Of a stretch of 64,000 nucleotides of DNA, positions 1 to 11,096 are shown one piece after another. The notes under the pieces were generated by a model, which saw only the letters and a list, made by a program, of their open reading frames with translations, was not told where the DNA came from and did no database searches. A program made the translations under genes and the position numbers. The DNA comes from Takakia lepidozioides (lineage: Eukaryota; Plantae; Bryophyta): the NCBI GenBank assembly GCA_030704615.1, contig CM060732.1, forward strand, positions 22,568,001-22,632,000, in the 5' to 3' direction. Within the stretch, counting starts at the first letter, position 1, and the number at the start of each line of letters is the position of its first letter.

Positions 1-464
1 TCTCTTCATCAGAAACAATGGTGAATTGATCTCTTGATTCTAATACAAATTTCATGTGGAATTTCCACAAATGGAAGTTCTCACCGACAAACTTGTCAAC
101 TGTCTCAAACTCTTTGCCTGCGCCCTCTTTAGAACTCATCTTTGCAACAGATGTACAATCTCTTCCAATCTAGATATTGAGTTAGTTATCAACCTATGCT
201 TGAAAAACTATCTCAATTCTAAACTATAATTGGACAACTATAGCTTAACTTCGTGCTAAGCATCTGACAACTAAAGCTTAACTTCTTGTTAAGCATCTGA
301 CACTTTCTTGCTAAACAGTCTAAGAATGGCTTTACTAGAATCAGACAACAAGTTCCTACGGTACAACTTCTGTGTCAACCCGTAGGCCCATAACCTATTG
401 TAGATGCCATAGCCAAAAGAAGACCAAATACACTATGATGAAAGAGTGCTTATTTCTGATACCA
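1..464 (-). mobile_element. Ty1/copia 5' internal region: PBS(iMet), 5' UTR and start of gag, running off the window start
   Basis: Minus-strand ATG at 139 gives MSSKEGAGKEFETVDKFVGENFHLWKFHMKFVLESRDQFTIVSDEE, a copia Gag N-terminal KFxGxNFxxWKFxM motif. PBS TGGTATCAGAAA at 464-453 directly follows an LTR ending CCAACA. Confidence 0.85.
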
Positions 465-608
465 TGTTGGAAAACCACTGGCGTGTGGTCGGGCTATGGA
501 TTGAACCTAGGACCTCCCCCATTCCGGTGGGGTGCTCTACCACTGAGCTACCCGTCCCGTTCTGTTCTCAAAGTGTCGTGCAAGGGCTATAACCTTGACA
601 CTCCAACA
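465..608 (-). mobile_element. 144-bp LTR (TGTTGG...CCAACA) containing a tRNA-derived sequence
   Basis: Inverted termini TGTTGG/CCAACA. On minus it is preceded by PPT CCTTGAGGGGGAG (621-609) and followed by the PBS (464-453). Confidence 0.8.
486..557 (-). tRNA. tRNA-like cloverleaf (pseudo-tRNA / Pol III promoter) inside an LTR
   Basis: GGACGGG TA GCTC AGTGGTA GAGC A CCCCA CCGGAAT GGGGG AGGTC CTAGG TTCAATC CATAG CCCGACC A (72 nt). Acceptor 6/7, D stem 4/4, anticodon 4/5, T stem 4/5; A box and B box intact. C33 and a GGA anticodon with a short variable loop argue against a functional tRNA. Confidence 0.75.
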
Positions 609-803
609 CTCCCCCTCAAGGCATAGCCCTTATAGCTAATGCCCACCCATTCTGACCACCGCCCCAACCTTGGCTCTGATACCATGTTGGAAAACCTAAG
701 TGGCATGTGTATGTCCACAAGTAATGTATCTACGTGGCATTAACATGGCCCGTGTTAACATTGAATCTACTACCACAATGTACTAACAACACTCCCACTC
801 ATT
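609..803 (-). mobile_element. TRIM-like unit: PPT (803-792), 107-bp LTR (791-685), PBS (684-673), ~50-bp internal segment, PPT (621-609)
   Basis: Perfect PBS TGGTATCAGAGC; the LTR shares its terminal TGTTGGAAAACC with the 465-608 LTR; PPT AATGAGTGGGAG. Confidence 0.65.
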
Positions 804-1040
804 ATGGCAGTCACTCCACTCACAACAGTATATGTAGCTTCTAGAAGGTGTTTTCAAATTACGGCGCGCTTAAGATGCCATCAGCACCACGACAAACACA
901 TGACAGACACATATCACGATAGCAGTCTGTACTCTCAAGTTGTCTTTGAGTCTGTATTCAGTGGCTGTGAATTGAGACTTAGTGAGAGATCTTGTGTGTC
1001 TATGGTGGTTCTCTTTTATGCTGCTCCAATTTGATTAAAA

Positions 1041-1325
1041 AATGACATGTTCTGGATTGTGCATCCGGGTGCCTACAAAATTCTGGAGGTGGTGGTCGAA
1101 ACATTCGGCTTACCGAAAGAGAAGTTGCAACCCAGCTTGGACATTTTGGACAACTTTGGCAATATGTCCAACCCGACTTGCTTGTTTGTCCTAGATGATA
1201 TGAGGAAGTGCTCCAAACGTTTGGGTGCATCTACGACAGGAGGCGGCTGCGAATGGGGTTTTCTGATAGGCCTAGGTCTAGGCTTCAACATGGAGGTGTC
1301 TCTTAGGAGTGTGCCCATTGCCTAG
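1041..1325 (+). pseudogene. Type III polyketide synthase (chalcone/stilbene synthase family) 3' remnant
   Basis: NDMFWIVHPG...FGNMS..TCLFVLD..R...TTGGGCEWGFLIGLGLG contains the His and Asn catalytic motifs. The 5' three quarters, including the catalytic Cys, are missing, and GFGPG is degenerate. Confidence 0.85.
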
Positions 1326-2471
1326 TCGAGATAATCATACTTTTTCAATTTTCCAAGTTTTCGATCTGGTGATGTCCAGCTGAGAACTTTGTCTCGAGAT
1401 CAAATGTATCCGTCAATTGGCTGAACATTAAAAATTTAGGCGTGTTCATTAAAACTTAGGTATGAACTTGTGCGGACCTTATCTTCTTGAAAGCTTCTTG
1501 TGGAAGCACTAGAATAGCACTTGGTGCAATTAGGACAGCGCAAAAGAGATCAGATGGTCTCTAGAGATATGTATAGTGTTTAGTTGGGGCAAGGACCCAT
1601 ACATGTGATGATTCGAGAATTCATATAATGAAGCGACTGTCCCTGTTGCCAATCGACAATGGGTTAGATTGATTTAAGGTGTCCACATGTCCGAGCTGAA
1701 GGTTTCAGTGTTGCATTGATTTCCACATTCGCATAACATGATCTGATTCTAGATACCGAGCTCTACAGTCCCTTAAGACTATCAAATCATTCATATTCAT
1801 GAAGACCTTAAGTAAATGTATAATGTTCCTGTAGAGGGCAGTCAACTCCTGTTCACTCTACCAAACAGTCCTTAAAAAACTGCATAAATTTGAAGATTTC
1901 TGTGTCCATGAACAAATGCACAATGGAATATATTCATTAATTACTGAAGAGTACCACAGTGCAATCGACAGAAATTTTTGTTCAGTACTCTACCAAATAG
2001 TCCTTTGAAAAATGCAAAACTTCTTGGGATTTCTGTGTCTATTGATTTGTTGAGCAGATGGACACGAATATTACCAAACAACACCAAAGTGCAATGTGCC
2101 TTAGCTCACCAGGAAGACAAATGTAGACCTAGCGAGCTGGAGGCATGCACATGATCAACACACATGGGTTTCTGCAGATGAGGCACCCTTCACTGCGTAC
2201 CACAATATTCTTGCACTGCCAGCTACAGCTGTACTTAAGAAATTCAGAGGATGACACGATGACACCCAATTAATTTACTCATTTAGAATGAGCCCTGGCT
2301 TCCCTCTTGCCCGCTCTTGAGAGTTAAGTGCCGCATAGTTTTATAAAAAAGACCCAACTGGGGTGACTGTACAAATGGGTTAAATCATCCCATCGCTCAA
2401 AGAGCGGTCAAAGCTCAAGTTTGGCTCTGAATTTTGTCTGGCCTCGCCGTAATGAGTCATTAACGTAGGAG

Positions 2472-2640
2472 CAAACTACCTTCATGCCTTGAGGACTTCG
2501 AATTTTTTTGGCTTATGAAATTTAAAACTACCTCCATGCAGGTAGTTTTAGGATTGATTTTCTACATGAAGATAGTTGCAAAACCAAGCTGAACTACCTG
2601 CATGAGAGTAATTACAAACTACCTCCATGGAGGTAGTTAT
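2472..2640. repeat. Cluster of ~5 palindromic AACTACCTCCATG(G/C)AGGTAGTT motifs
   Basis: Perfect 22-bp palindrome at 2617-2638, near-perfect one at 2523-2550, degenerate copies near 2473, 2556 and 2592. Confidence 0.6.
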
Positions 2641-5547
2641 AGTCAGCGCCAACAAATGGAACCAGGGGAATGGATCCCCACACCTGCATCGCTATATCAC
2701 CATCGACCTACCTCGAGACCAGTGTTGGTCTGGTATCTAGGTTTCGCCGGGTATCAACCCGGGCATCAACCTAGGTCTCTCCTAACCTAACCTACTGTTC
2801 TCTGTTCCCGTAAACATTTGTAGTACCCTACCAAAAGGTTCTCTGGCGGCCCCCCAAACCCTAACAGGCGGCGGTTAGGGTTCTCCCTTCCCCGCCCCCT
2901 ATCAGAGCTCGACTCGTCGCTGTTCGGGTATCATGTTAATATGCACCGGGGTACTTTGTAATGTAGAGTAGAGATTTAGGGCAAGGGGCATATACTAGCT
3001 GTTTTGATTATAACAAGGACACTTTGATCTTCATTTGCGAGACACTATGGATGCAATTATGATTCAGTGTATAATTGTATGGGGGTTGGTATCCTATGAG
3101 ATGAGCAGGTTTCCTTGTGGTTTTCTTGAATGCCTTAAAAAAATTCAGCACTGCATACCAGGACCCTTATGGTATTTCCAATTAAGATACCATACCAACA
3201 CTGCTCCAGACCACAACCTCCACCCTGCCACAACCTGTCGTTTTTTTCAAGGCGAATATAGTAAGGTTCAAATTTTTGGATCTAATATGGTAGGTGTGTA
3301 GCCTCAATTAACTCGCCATAGATTACTTTTCTGGGGCCGAAATTTGTCCAATGGCAGGCCCTTGAGGGTTAAGTATCAAATCCAATTTGGACGATGATGA
3401 TGCGCTTGTCGATTTTCAACCATCCATACATTCAGCTTTGTAAATCGTGGTCGAATCAGATACTCGAACTCAAAGCAGCCCACTATCAACATGCCAGGTA
3501 CGTGAGCTGGCATCGGGTTGTGGGTATAATATGCCTCCTATCACCGGAATTATATGCCGTACTATAGTGGAAGCAAAATCTAGTATCACATGACGGACGA
3601 GAGCTTACATGTAGAAAAGGACAAAACAAACAATGCCAAACAAACTTACAGAGAACTTTGCGAAAAGTTTTATGCCTTTAAAAGCAGGCTTTCAACATTG
3701 TCCAAAAGGCTGGAGCCTGGAACAGTGTTGTGGAACTGTTCCAAATAAAAGTCCTACCCACTGCCCAGGTCCCATCCGGATGAGTTGACCTTACACGATT
3801 AAAATCATTCTCGAAATAGCTGAGTTAGTTATGCCTTCTGCTTACGAACATGCCTGTTTCTATCTTGAGCTTTGAATGCACATTATCACCTGCCACCATT
3901 ATGTACTAGTCATAATAGCAGGCTGATGCCAGGTGACAGAGGAGGTGAAGGTGACCAAAACAGATTTAAGAGGGTCCAAAAGCAGATATTCATTGCACTT
4001 GTACAGTTCCCTTCAAGTTCAACATGTTTGGGGAGTTGACTTGGCAGCCATGGGTGCTACATACCCATTCTCAGCGTTTTATTTATGAGATTTAGAAAAC
4101 AGCACTAGTGGCTACCGAGTTTTGCAGAAAAAGCCGTACTTTCTGTTCATCCACTACAATTAGGATAGAATCATCCACCTCTGTACTTTAATCTATTTAT
4201 ATCGTCCATATCTGGAAAATTCATCCATAATAAATTTTTAATTTGGAGAAGTTTCATGAGGAAACAAGGAATTTGCGACAAAATATTCAATCTTATTTCT
4301 GAGGTCGAAATCTGGCGAAAATTGGCCAATAAAAAAAAGCGCTGAATACCCAAGGGTCCACTAAACACCCTCAAGTCTATGACTGCGGGTACCCCCTGCA
4401 ACTAATTTATCCTCCAATTCCCACGTTTCCTCATCATCCAGTCAACGGTAGTGTGCTTTGCATGCCCACCAATTTGGGATCACAAAGTCTACACTGCAGG
4501 CAACAAGTCCGGACTCCGGGTCAATAACTGAACTAGACTGGGTTGACACAATCAACCTCACAGCTGTAGGTCAGCCTTCACGTTTGGGCATTTTTGGGCC
4601 GCCCTCTCGCTTCAATCTCTTTCATGAGAATAACATCCACTTACCTCTAATCTACAAATGGATGAGCCTACTGTACACTTTCAATAGTCTTAGTGGCTAA
4701 TTTTATTTTATTGGCTCCACTTCATTCTATAGAGGAGACCACGCATCGGTGTCAAAAATAGCTTAGTCCCTCTTGTGCCTTTCCCAAGTGTCACCTACTC
4801 TCCTTTGCTGGAAAAACTACTTTCATGTGCCTTCTTCAAGTAACAGCTCCCTCGGGTAACATTTTTGTTATTGAACAACTTATGAAACATAAATGGATGA
4901 ATTTTCAAATTCAATATGGATGAAAGTAGATTCCACCAGTCGTAAAGGACTGCCCAGAATTTTTCTATATGATTCAAGGTCCCTCCCCCACAGGAATATG
5001 CCTCGAAATACTCCTGCTCAAATTGGAGAAACATTCTGCAAAATTGGAGGAACATTCTACAGATTGGATGAAAATTCTGAGCCGTTCTTCACGGCCGGGA
5101 AGGCCCCTGCGGCCTTCCACGATTAATGCCCTCAGCAGGCAGCCCTTAAATCGTGGAATGCCCTTGGGCAGGGCCGTCCCCTACACATAAAGAGGAGCCA
5201 TACGAGACTAGCTGCTTGTTTTTGGAGACTGTAAACAGCTGGGTTGATCCCCTCATTGGTCCAAGAATTGGACGTGCTTATTCCATCTACAGAATATGCA
5301 GGTGCAACTTCCACAGGTAGTCAGATAGACGAAGACAGCAACTATTCTGCTTTTTAATCCACTATGCTGCAATGAAGGAAAATCAACCAAAATGTTTGTT
5401 AGACTGTGGGATAAACAAACGAGCTACAATTTCTTGAGGGGACATAAAATATCCATCAAATCTCGGCATGGAGTAGATCCTGAGTCCAAAGTTATGTCAA
5501 TCCAACAGTAAACCCTATGAAATATTAGCAAGAAGAAATGAAATAGT

Positions 5548-5896
5548 CACGTGGGTGGCTACTATCTTCGGGCACCCTTCTCCAATGTGAACCCGGAACC
5601 CGTGCCTGACGTCAGCCCTTGCACGGTCAGAGCGGGTTGAAGGCATGCTGACCCGGCTATGCGACAGGTCGCTCACCCAGCCCGGAGCGGTACACAGGTG
5701 CGAGTACTCATCAGTAGCCCTTCAGATCGCAGGCCCGCCCGGGGCCGGCTTTGGCCACGTTTGGTCAGGCTGGCCCTTTCAAGCGGCTGCACGCTCTCGT
5801 GGGAGGGTCAACCGTCCTGTTGGGAGGAGGGCGAGCGAGAGAGAGCGACTAGTCAAGGAAGAACAGCTCTCGTCTGCTGTGCATACGTTTATATAG
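5548..5896 (+). promoter_or_regulatory. Putative PKS promoter: G-box CACGTG (5548-5553), TGACGTCA (5607-5614), CCACGT (5755-5760), TATA box (5890-5895)
   Basis: Exact motif matches in a GC-rich stretch 220-560 bp upstream of the ATG. ACGT elements are typical of phenylpropanoid/PKS promoters. Possible 5' UTR intron 6027-6096/6105. Confidence 0.5.
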
Positions 5897-6110
5897 CGCC
5901 CTTCTACTGTGGACTCTACAAGAGTGCAAAACTACCAGGGATTCCGGTCTCTATACTCGCCTGCCCATCTGCATCCCTTGCAGATCAAGAGCTGAGCCGT
6001 AAGGACCCTGATCACAGCTCCGGCAGGTATATATATATATCTTTGAGCTGACCTGTGACTAGGTAGAGTCGAGCGAGTTCACTGCTTAGATTTCAGAAGC
6101 AGCAGGTGTA

Positions 6111-7794
6111 ATGGCGCCGAATGGGCAGATCAACGGAGAGAAGGTATATGGCGCGGGGTTCAGGGCCCAGCCGCGCGCAGAGGGGCCAGCGACAGTGATG
6201 TCTATCGGCACAGCAAACCCTCCCACAGTGCGTGAGCAGAGCACTTACCCGGACTACTACTTCGAATCCACAAACTGCAACCACAAGCCCGAGCTTAAGG
6301 CCAAGTTCAAGCGCATCTGTGAGTTCCAATCTGATGCTCACATGGGTAGACAACGCTAGGCCTGCGCACGAAACCTTTCATGAATGTGGATCATACATGT
6401 TTACGCATGTGGATTAATCCAATCAGTCAGAATTCTGGTTTTTTTCTGGTTACTAGGTCTACTTATAACCTGTCGACCGAGCATCACGAATTGAAGTGTG
6501 GACCAAGTGTGGTTCTCCTGATGAATTCAAGGTCCGAGTTGTGAGCTACTAGTTGGGGTAAAATTCACTCAGATACAGTCTGTAGGTCTCGTGGATTCAA
6601 TTTGAGGTATTTTATGATCACTTCCAAGGGCGGTTTTAAAATATTAAGTTGCGACTCTAGACTGTAAGGCCTCAAGTACAGTTTCAAGTGAGCAATATAG
6701 TAGTAACCTTGGGGTATATAGCTTGAGTATAGAGTCAGAAAGGTCAGAACAATCTTGAAGCTGAATGTGCAATTGGTTCCCCTGTGATATCAGGTGAGAA
6801 GATGCATATCAACAAACGGCATATGGTTGTTACAAAGGAGTTGCTTGAGGCGAACCCGACTTTGGGCAGCTACATGGATAATTCTCTCAATGTTCGCCAC
6901 GAAATCGTGCTTGAATGGGTCCCCAAGATGGCTAAAGAGGCATCCGAGAAGGCTATCAAGGAATGGGGCCGCCCTACATCAGAGATTACCCATATCGTGA
7001 TGGCCACTACTAGTGTGGTGAATATGCCCGGGGTTGATCTTCTTGTGGCAAATTCATTGGGCCTTTCCCCCAAAGTGAGACGCGTCATGATGTACCAGAC
7101 TGGTTGCTGGGGAGGGGCTGCTGCATTGAGAGTTGCCAAGGATCTTGCAGAGAACAATAAGGGTGCCCGCGTCCTGGTAGTCTGCAGCGAGTGTACCGCG
7201 ATATTCTTCCGAGCACCCAGCGAGGAGTATCTTGATGGTTTGGTTGGCCAAGGACTGTTTGGCGATGGTGCAGCAGCGGCCATAGTGGGATCCGATCCAA
7301 TTCCTCCAGTGGAGCGGCCGTTGTATGAAATTCAATGGGCTGGGGAGATGGTTGTGCCAGATAGTGAAGGAGCCATCGATGGACACCTTATGGAGGCTGG
7401 TATGTACTATCACCTGAAGCCAGATATCCCAAAGCTCGTCTCAAAGAGCATCGACGAGTTTGTGAGTGAAGCAAGAAAGTGGGCAGATTCCACAGAATGC
7501 AATGATATGTTCTGGGCGGTGCACCCCGGAGGTGTTGCGATCCTCAACCAAATAGAGAATCAACTGGGTTTGTCGCCAGAAAGGTTGCGGGCCAGCCGAG
7601 AAATTCTTGCAAATTACGGAAACATGGCCAGCGCATGTGTCTTGTTTGTGCTAGATCAGATTCGTAATCGGTCACTGAAGGCAGGTGCAGCAACAACAGG
7701 AGATGTAGAGGGCAAGGACTGGGGCTTGCTCATCGGCATTGGCCCGGGCCTGACAATGGAAGCTCTTGCTCTACGAAGCTTGCCTCCCTTGTAG
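6111..7794 (+). CDS. Type III polyketide synthase, non-CHS (stilbenecarboxylate/bibenzyl synthase-like); exons 6111-6318 and 6794-7794, 402 aa
   Basis: GT-AG intron 6319-6793 splits the conserved Cys codon (KRIC|EK) as in CHS-family genes. Catalytic triad: QTGC, VHPGG, YGNM. Also LFGDGA and GIGPG. Frame intact. Confidence 0.95.
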
Positions 7795-9175
7795 TAGGAT
7801 TTCTCAAGTTTCCCTTAAGCCCTGAGGGACTTCATTGAAAGAGATGCCAATTACGCTTCTCGTCTTGATCTTACACTAACATAATGTGCACTTCGACAGT
7901 CATGCAACCGTAATATAACAACTGGTAGTAGGGATCTAATAGTTCCATCTCCGACGCTCCGTTAATGGAGATTATTGTACTGGTCTCACTAAGCATGTGA
8001 TCAGGGAACTCACTAACTAGTACGTCGTCAAAATTCTCTTCAGGAGGTAGTGCACTTGGTAATAAGCTTTCGCTCAAGTGACGTCATAGAAGTCGACAAT
8101 TAGAAATTGATTATATCCCCTCAACAATCTTGAGGGCTTCACGATGATCCTGGGGAAACCCGCTGATCGTACACAGAAGGTGTGGACAGGGATTTCTGAA
8201 ATGAAATGTTCACAAATTTGAACCATCTCTTAAGCTCTAGCCTTTTGATTCTTGTGGATATACATTAATGCACTGAATAGATTATTGATCATAGAGTTGA
8301 GCCCTTGTTCTTGAAAGTGGAGTGCTGTAGGGTAAAGAAAGGGCCCCACCATCGCTAGCTGTGAATTCAAGTCCAACCTTCCCGTTAGCAAACGAATTTG
8401 CCGCAGAGCAACTCTCTTTCTTATATTTTCTGAACTTCAAAGACAGGCGACTACTACATGACCGCAATCGATGGAAAAAACTGAGCAAACTACTGACAAG
8501 CATAGAATTGCAGTCAGGACATCTCCAGTAAGCTGATCTTAGGCATGAATCACAGCAAATCAAGATCAGTGCGAGCTGGCTCTATCATATAACAAAGCTT
8601 TTGAATCAGCATTGGAATGCACAGCTCAGTGCTATTCTGCCTCACACTCAAACGCTCTACAGTCGAATGCTGCTCTACTGATCTCAATGGCACTTTTTAT
8701 ATGTAGAGCTCCTCATGTGGCGCCCCAGATTTAAGGGCAACATTATGGGAAGTTCCTGATTTTATTATTCTTTAAATTTTCTTAAAGGGGAACGGATGGC
8801 CTTTGCTCAAATTGAAGAGGAAAAAATAGCCTGAAAGTGCCATGACCTGATTTTCCTTTCCCAAAAATATTCCCTCAAATGATAGGAAAAAATCTTTTTA
8901 TGAGATCTACTGAATGGCTATTCGGAAATTCCTCTGGCTAGGGTTGGGTTGGTAAATACCGAATATCATCTGATAGATGGATGACCCACTGGCATAAGCA
9001 GTGCATCATCCTCCATCCCCTGTCTTTGTGCCTCCTTTATAAAATATTATTTATGGTATTCCCCGGCAACTCTTACTATGTGGAGTCAAGAGCTTTGGTC
9101 CCAACAAGCTCTGTTTTCCATGACCCTAGACCTATACCTGCAGCATCTGGAGTAATATCAATATATGAAGCAAGA

Positions 9176-9390
9176 CGTTTGTTTTGTTTTGTTTTGTTGG
9201 CTCTCTTGTAGAGGGAGACTCTGCAACATGTTTCAATGGAGAAAATGTGGTCAAAGGATCTTGTGTCAAGGCTCCGATTGGTGTGTTGTGCTGAGTTATG
9301 CCCCTTACTCTCACCTTCCTCTTATGTTTTGCCAAAGCAAGAGAGCCCATCGCAGTTTTAGGCTTGTTTTGTTTGTTTTGTTTTGTTTTG
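9176..9390 (+). repeat. Two (GTTTT)n simple-repeat tracts
   Basis: gttttgttttgttttg at about 9177-9197 and 9365-9390. Confidence 0.6.
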
Positions 9391-11096
9391 TAGCGTCGTT
9401 GAGATCTCAACCACGGGCCCAACGCGGTGCTTGGCCCTCTAAAGCTCCAAGTGTTTTTGGTCACTGAAAATTCGCAAAAAATAGCAAAGTGGATATATCA
9501 ATATAGAGCCTCGACAGGGGAGATTGCGAAAATAGCAAAGTGGGCTTTCCTGGAGCAATGATGGGCCCTTCATGTGGGAGATTTGGAATTTCAAGTACTT
9601 TTGGTCGCAGGATCTTCATTGCGAATGAAGTGGTTTTAGCCTAAGAAATGCGTGAAAGGAAAAAAAAAACGTTGAGGCGCCGAAGTGGCTTCGTCCACAA
9701 CCTCCCAGATGAACCGTGGGAGAGATGAAACTACGCATCAGGGTTCATTGTCCCACAGAGCGCTTTTCCTGCTCCCATGTGCTTTGCCGGCCCGGCCCAT
9801 CGGGAGAGAAGTAAGTGGGTATATGGAGAAGAGAATCAATCATATCTTTTCTAAGCTTTTCCACTTAGGGACGAATATAATCGAGCGTTGGCGATCCCCA
9901 GTGAAGCACCAAGGCTTCCGGGTTAAAATTAAAAATATTTGCTGTGATAAAGTAAAAAAAGATTTGTTTCCACTTTCTCTCATATTATATTCTGGTCCGG
10001 TAGGCTATAGCAATATTAGGAGTTTAGGACTCAGTCCTGGTGAGGTCTTCCTCCCTTTTCAAGGGCTCAGGTTCCACAATTCACTAACTAGAGTGTGTAT
10101 GTGCGTCATGGTGTAACAGGGGTTTTAATTTTTTTCCTCGTAAATAATTATAAGTAAAGTTTCCATGGCCACTATCCCCTAGTCTTAAAATAAAATAAAT
10201 AAATATGTATATAATAACTCAAATGACTTGAATTGCCATGCCATGTCATTAAAATAAATATCGATATATAAGTTTGAGTCGTTTTTGGAGTCATGGATAA
10301 AACTAGTTTTGCCACTCCATTGACACCTAACACAAACCATTGGTTTCTCCTAAAATAAGACTACAGTCGTAAGGTAGTGATTTGTAGAGTCATACCAAAC
10401 ATGAGTCGTAAAACACTGCACTAGGAAAAGACATGATTTCTTCTTGTGCTGCCCGTGTGGTCAAGATTGTCCGAGCCATGGACCTAGTGTTCTTGTCTTT
10501 GTAGCACTTGAGGAACTCCTTCCCATAAGAGAGATAGAAAACTCCGGCCGAAGCCGACGTAACTAAGAGCCAGTTCAGCTTGCGGTACTGCCCCATTTCG
10601 GGGGTGGGCCCTATAAGAAAACAGGTGTCCTGCGGGACACGACACCAAGTAGCCGGGGGTGTACATAGCATAGATTTGGATTCCAATTACCGTTTGTTGG
10701 TAATAATAGTTGTGAGGGATCGGAGTGTCGTGAGGTGGATTGCTTTGAAACATTTATGAATGGGGGATGGAGATTTTGAAGTGGTTACATATAGCATTGA
10801 TATTGGCATTATGTATGCCGCCTCTAGTACCAACAGTGATGACGGTTACTGGGTTGGTGATCCAGCCTCTATGGCAAATTGCAAGGATGAGTGGAGCATA
10901 TTTTTGTCGTTTCATTGGGGTAACAATCATGACAATATGTAAATTCGATGCAGTGGATGGTGAGTTGTGGGGATGGTGTAGTGGGCCCTTCCCATAAGTA
11001 TCGACCTGTGCTGGGTGGGTATATTGATTTCAATATATCCTTAGGGTATAAGTAAATTATTTTTGTCAAATTATTTACTCTCCGGGTATAGATAAA

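Noticed and set aside
486-557. Functional tRNA-Ser(GGA) gene
   Set aside because: No long variable arm, C at position 33, mismatches in three stems, no oligo-T terminator, and it lies inside an LTR.
4072-4344. hAT-like MITE with CAGCG(T/C)TTT termini
   Set aside because: The TIR is short and imperfect, there is no adjacent TSD and no second copy in the window.
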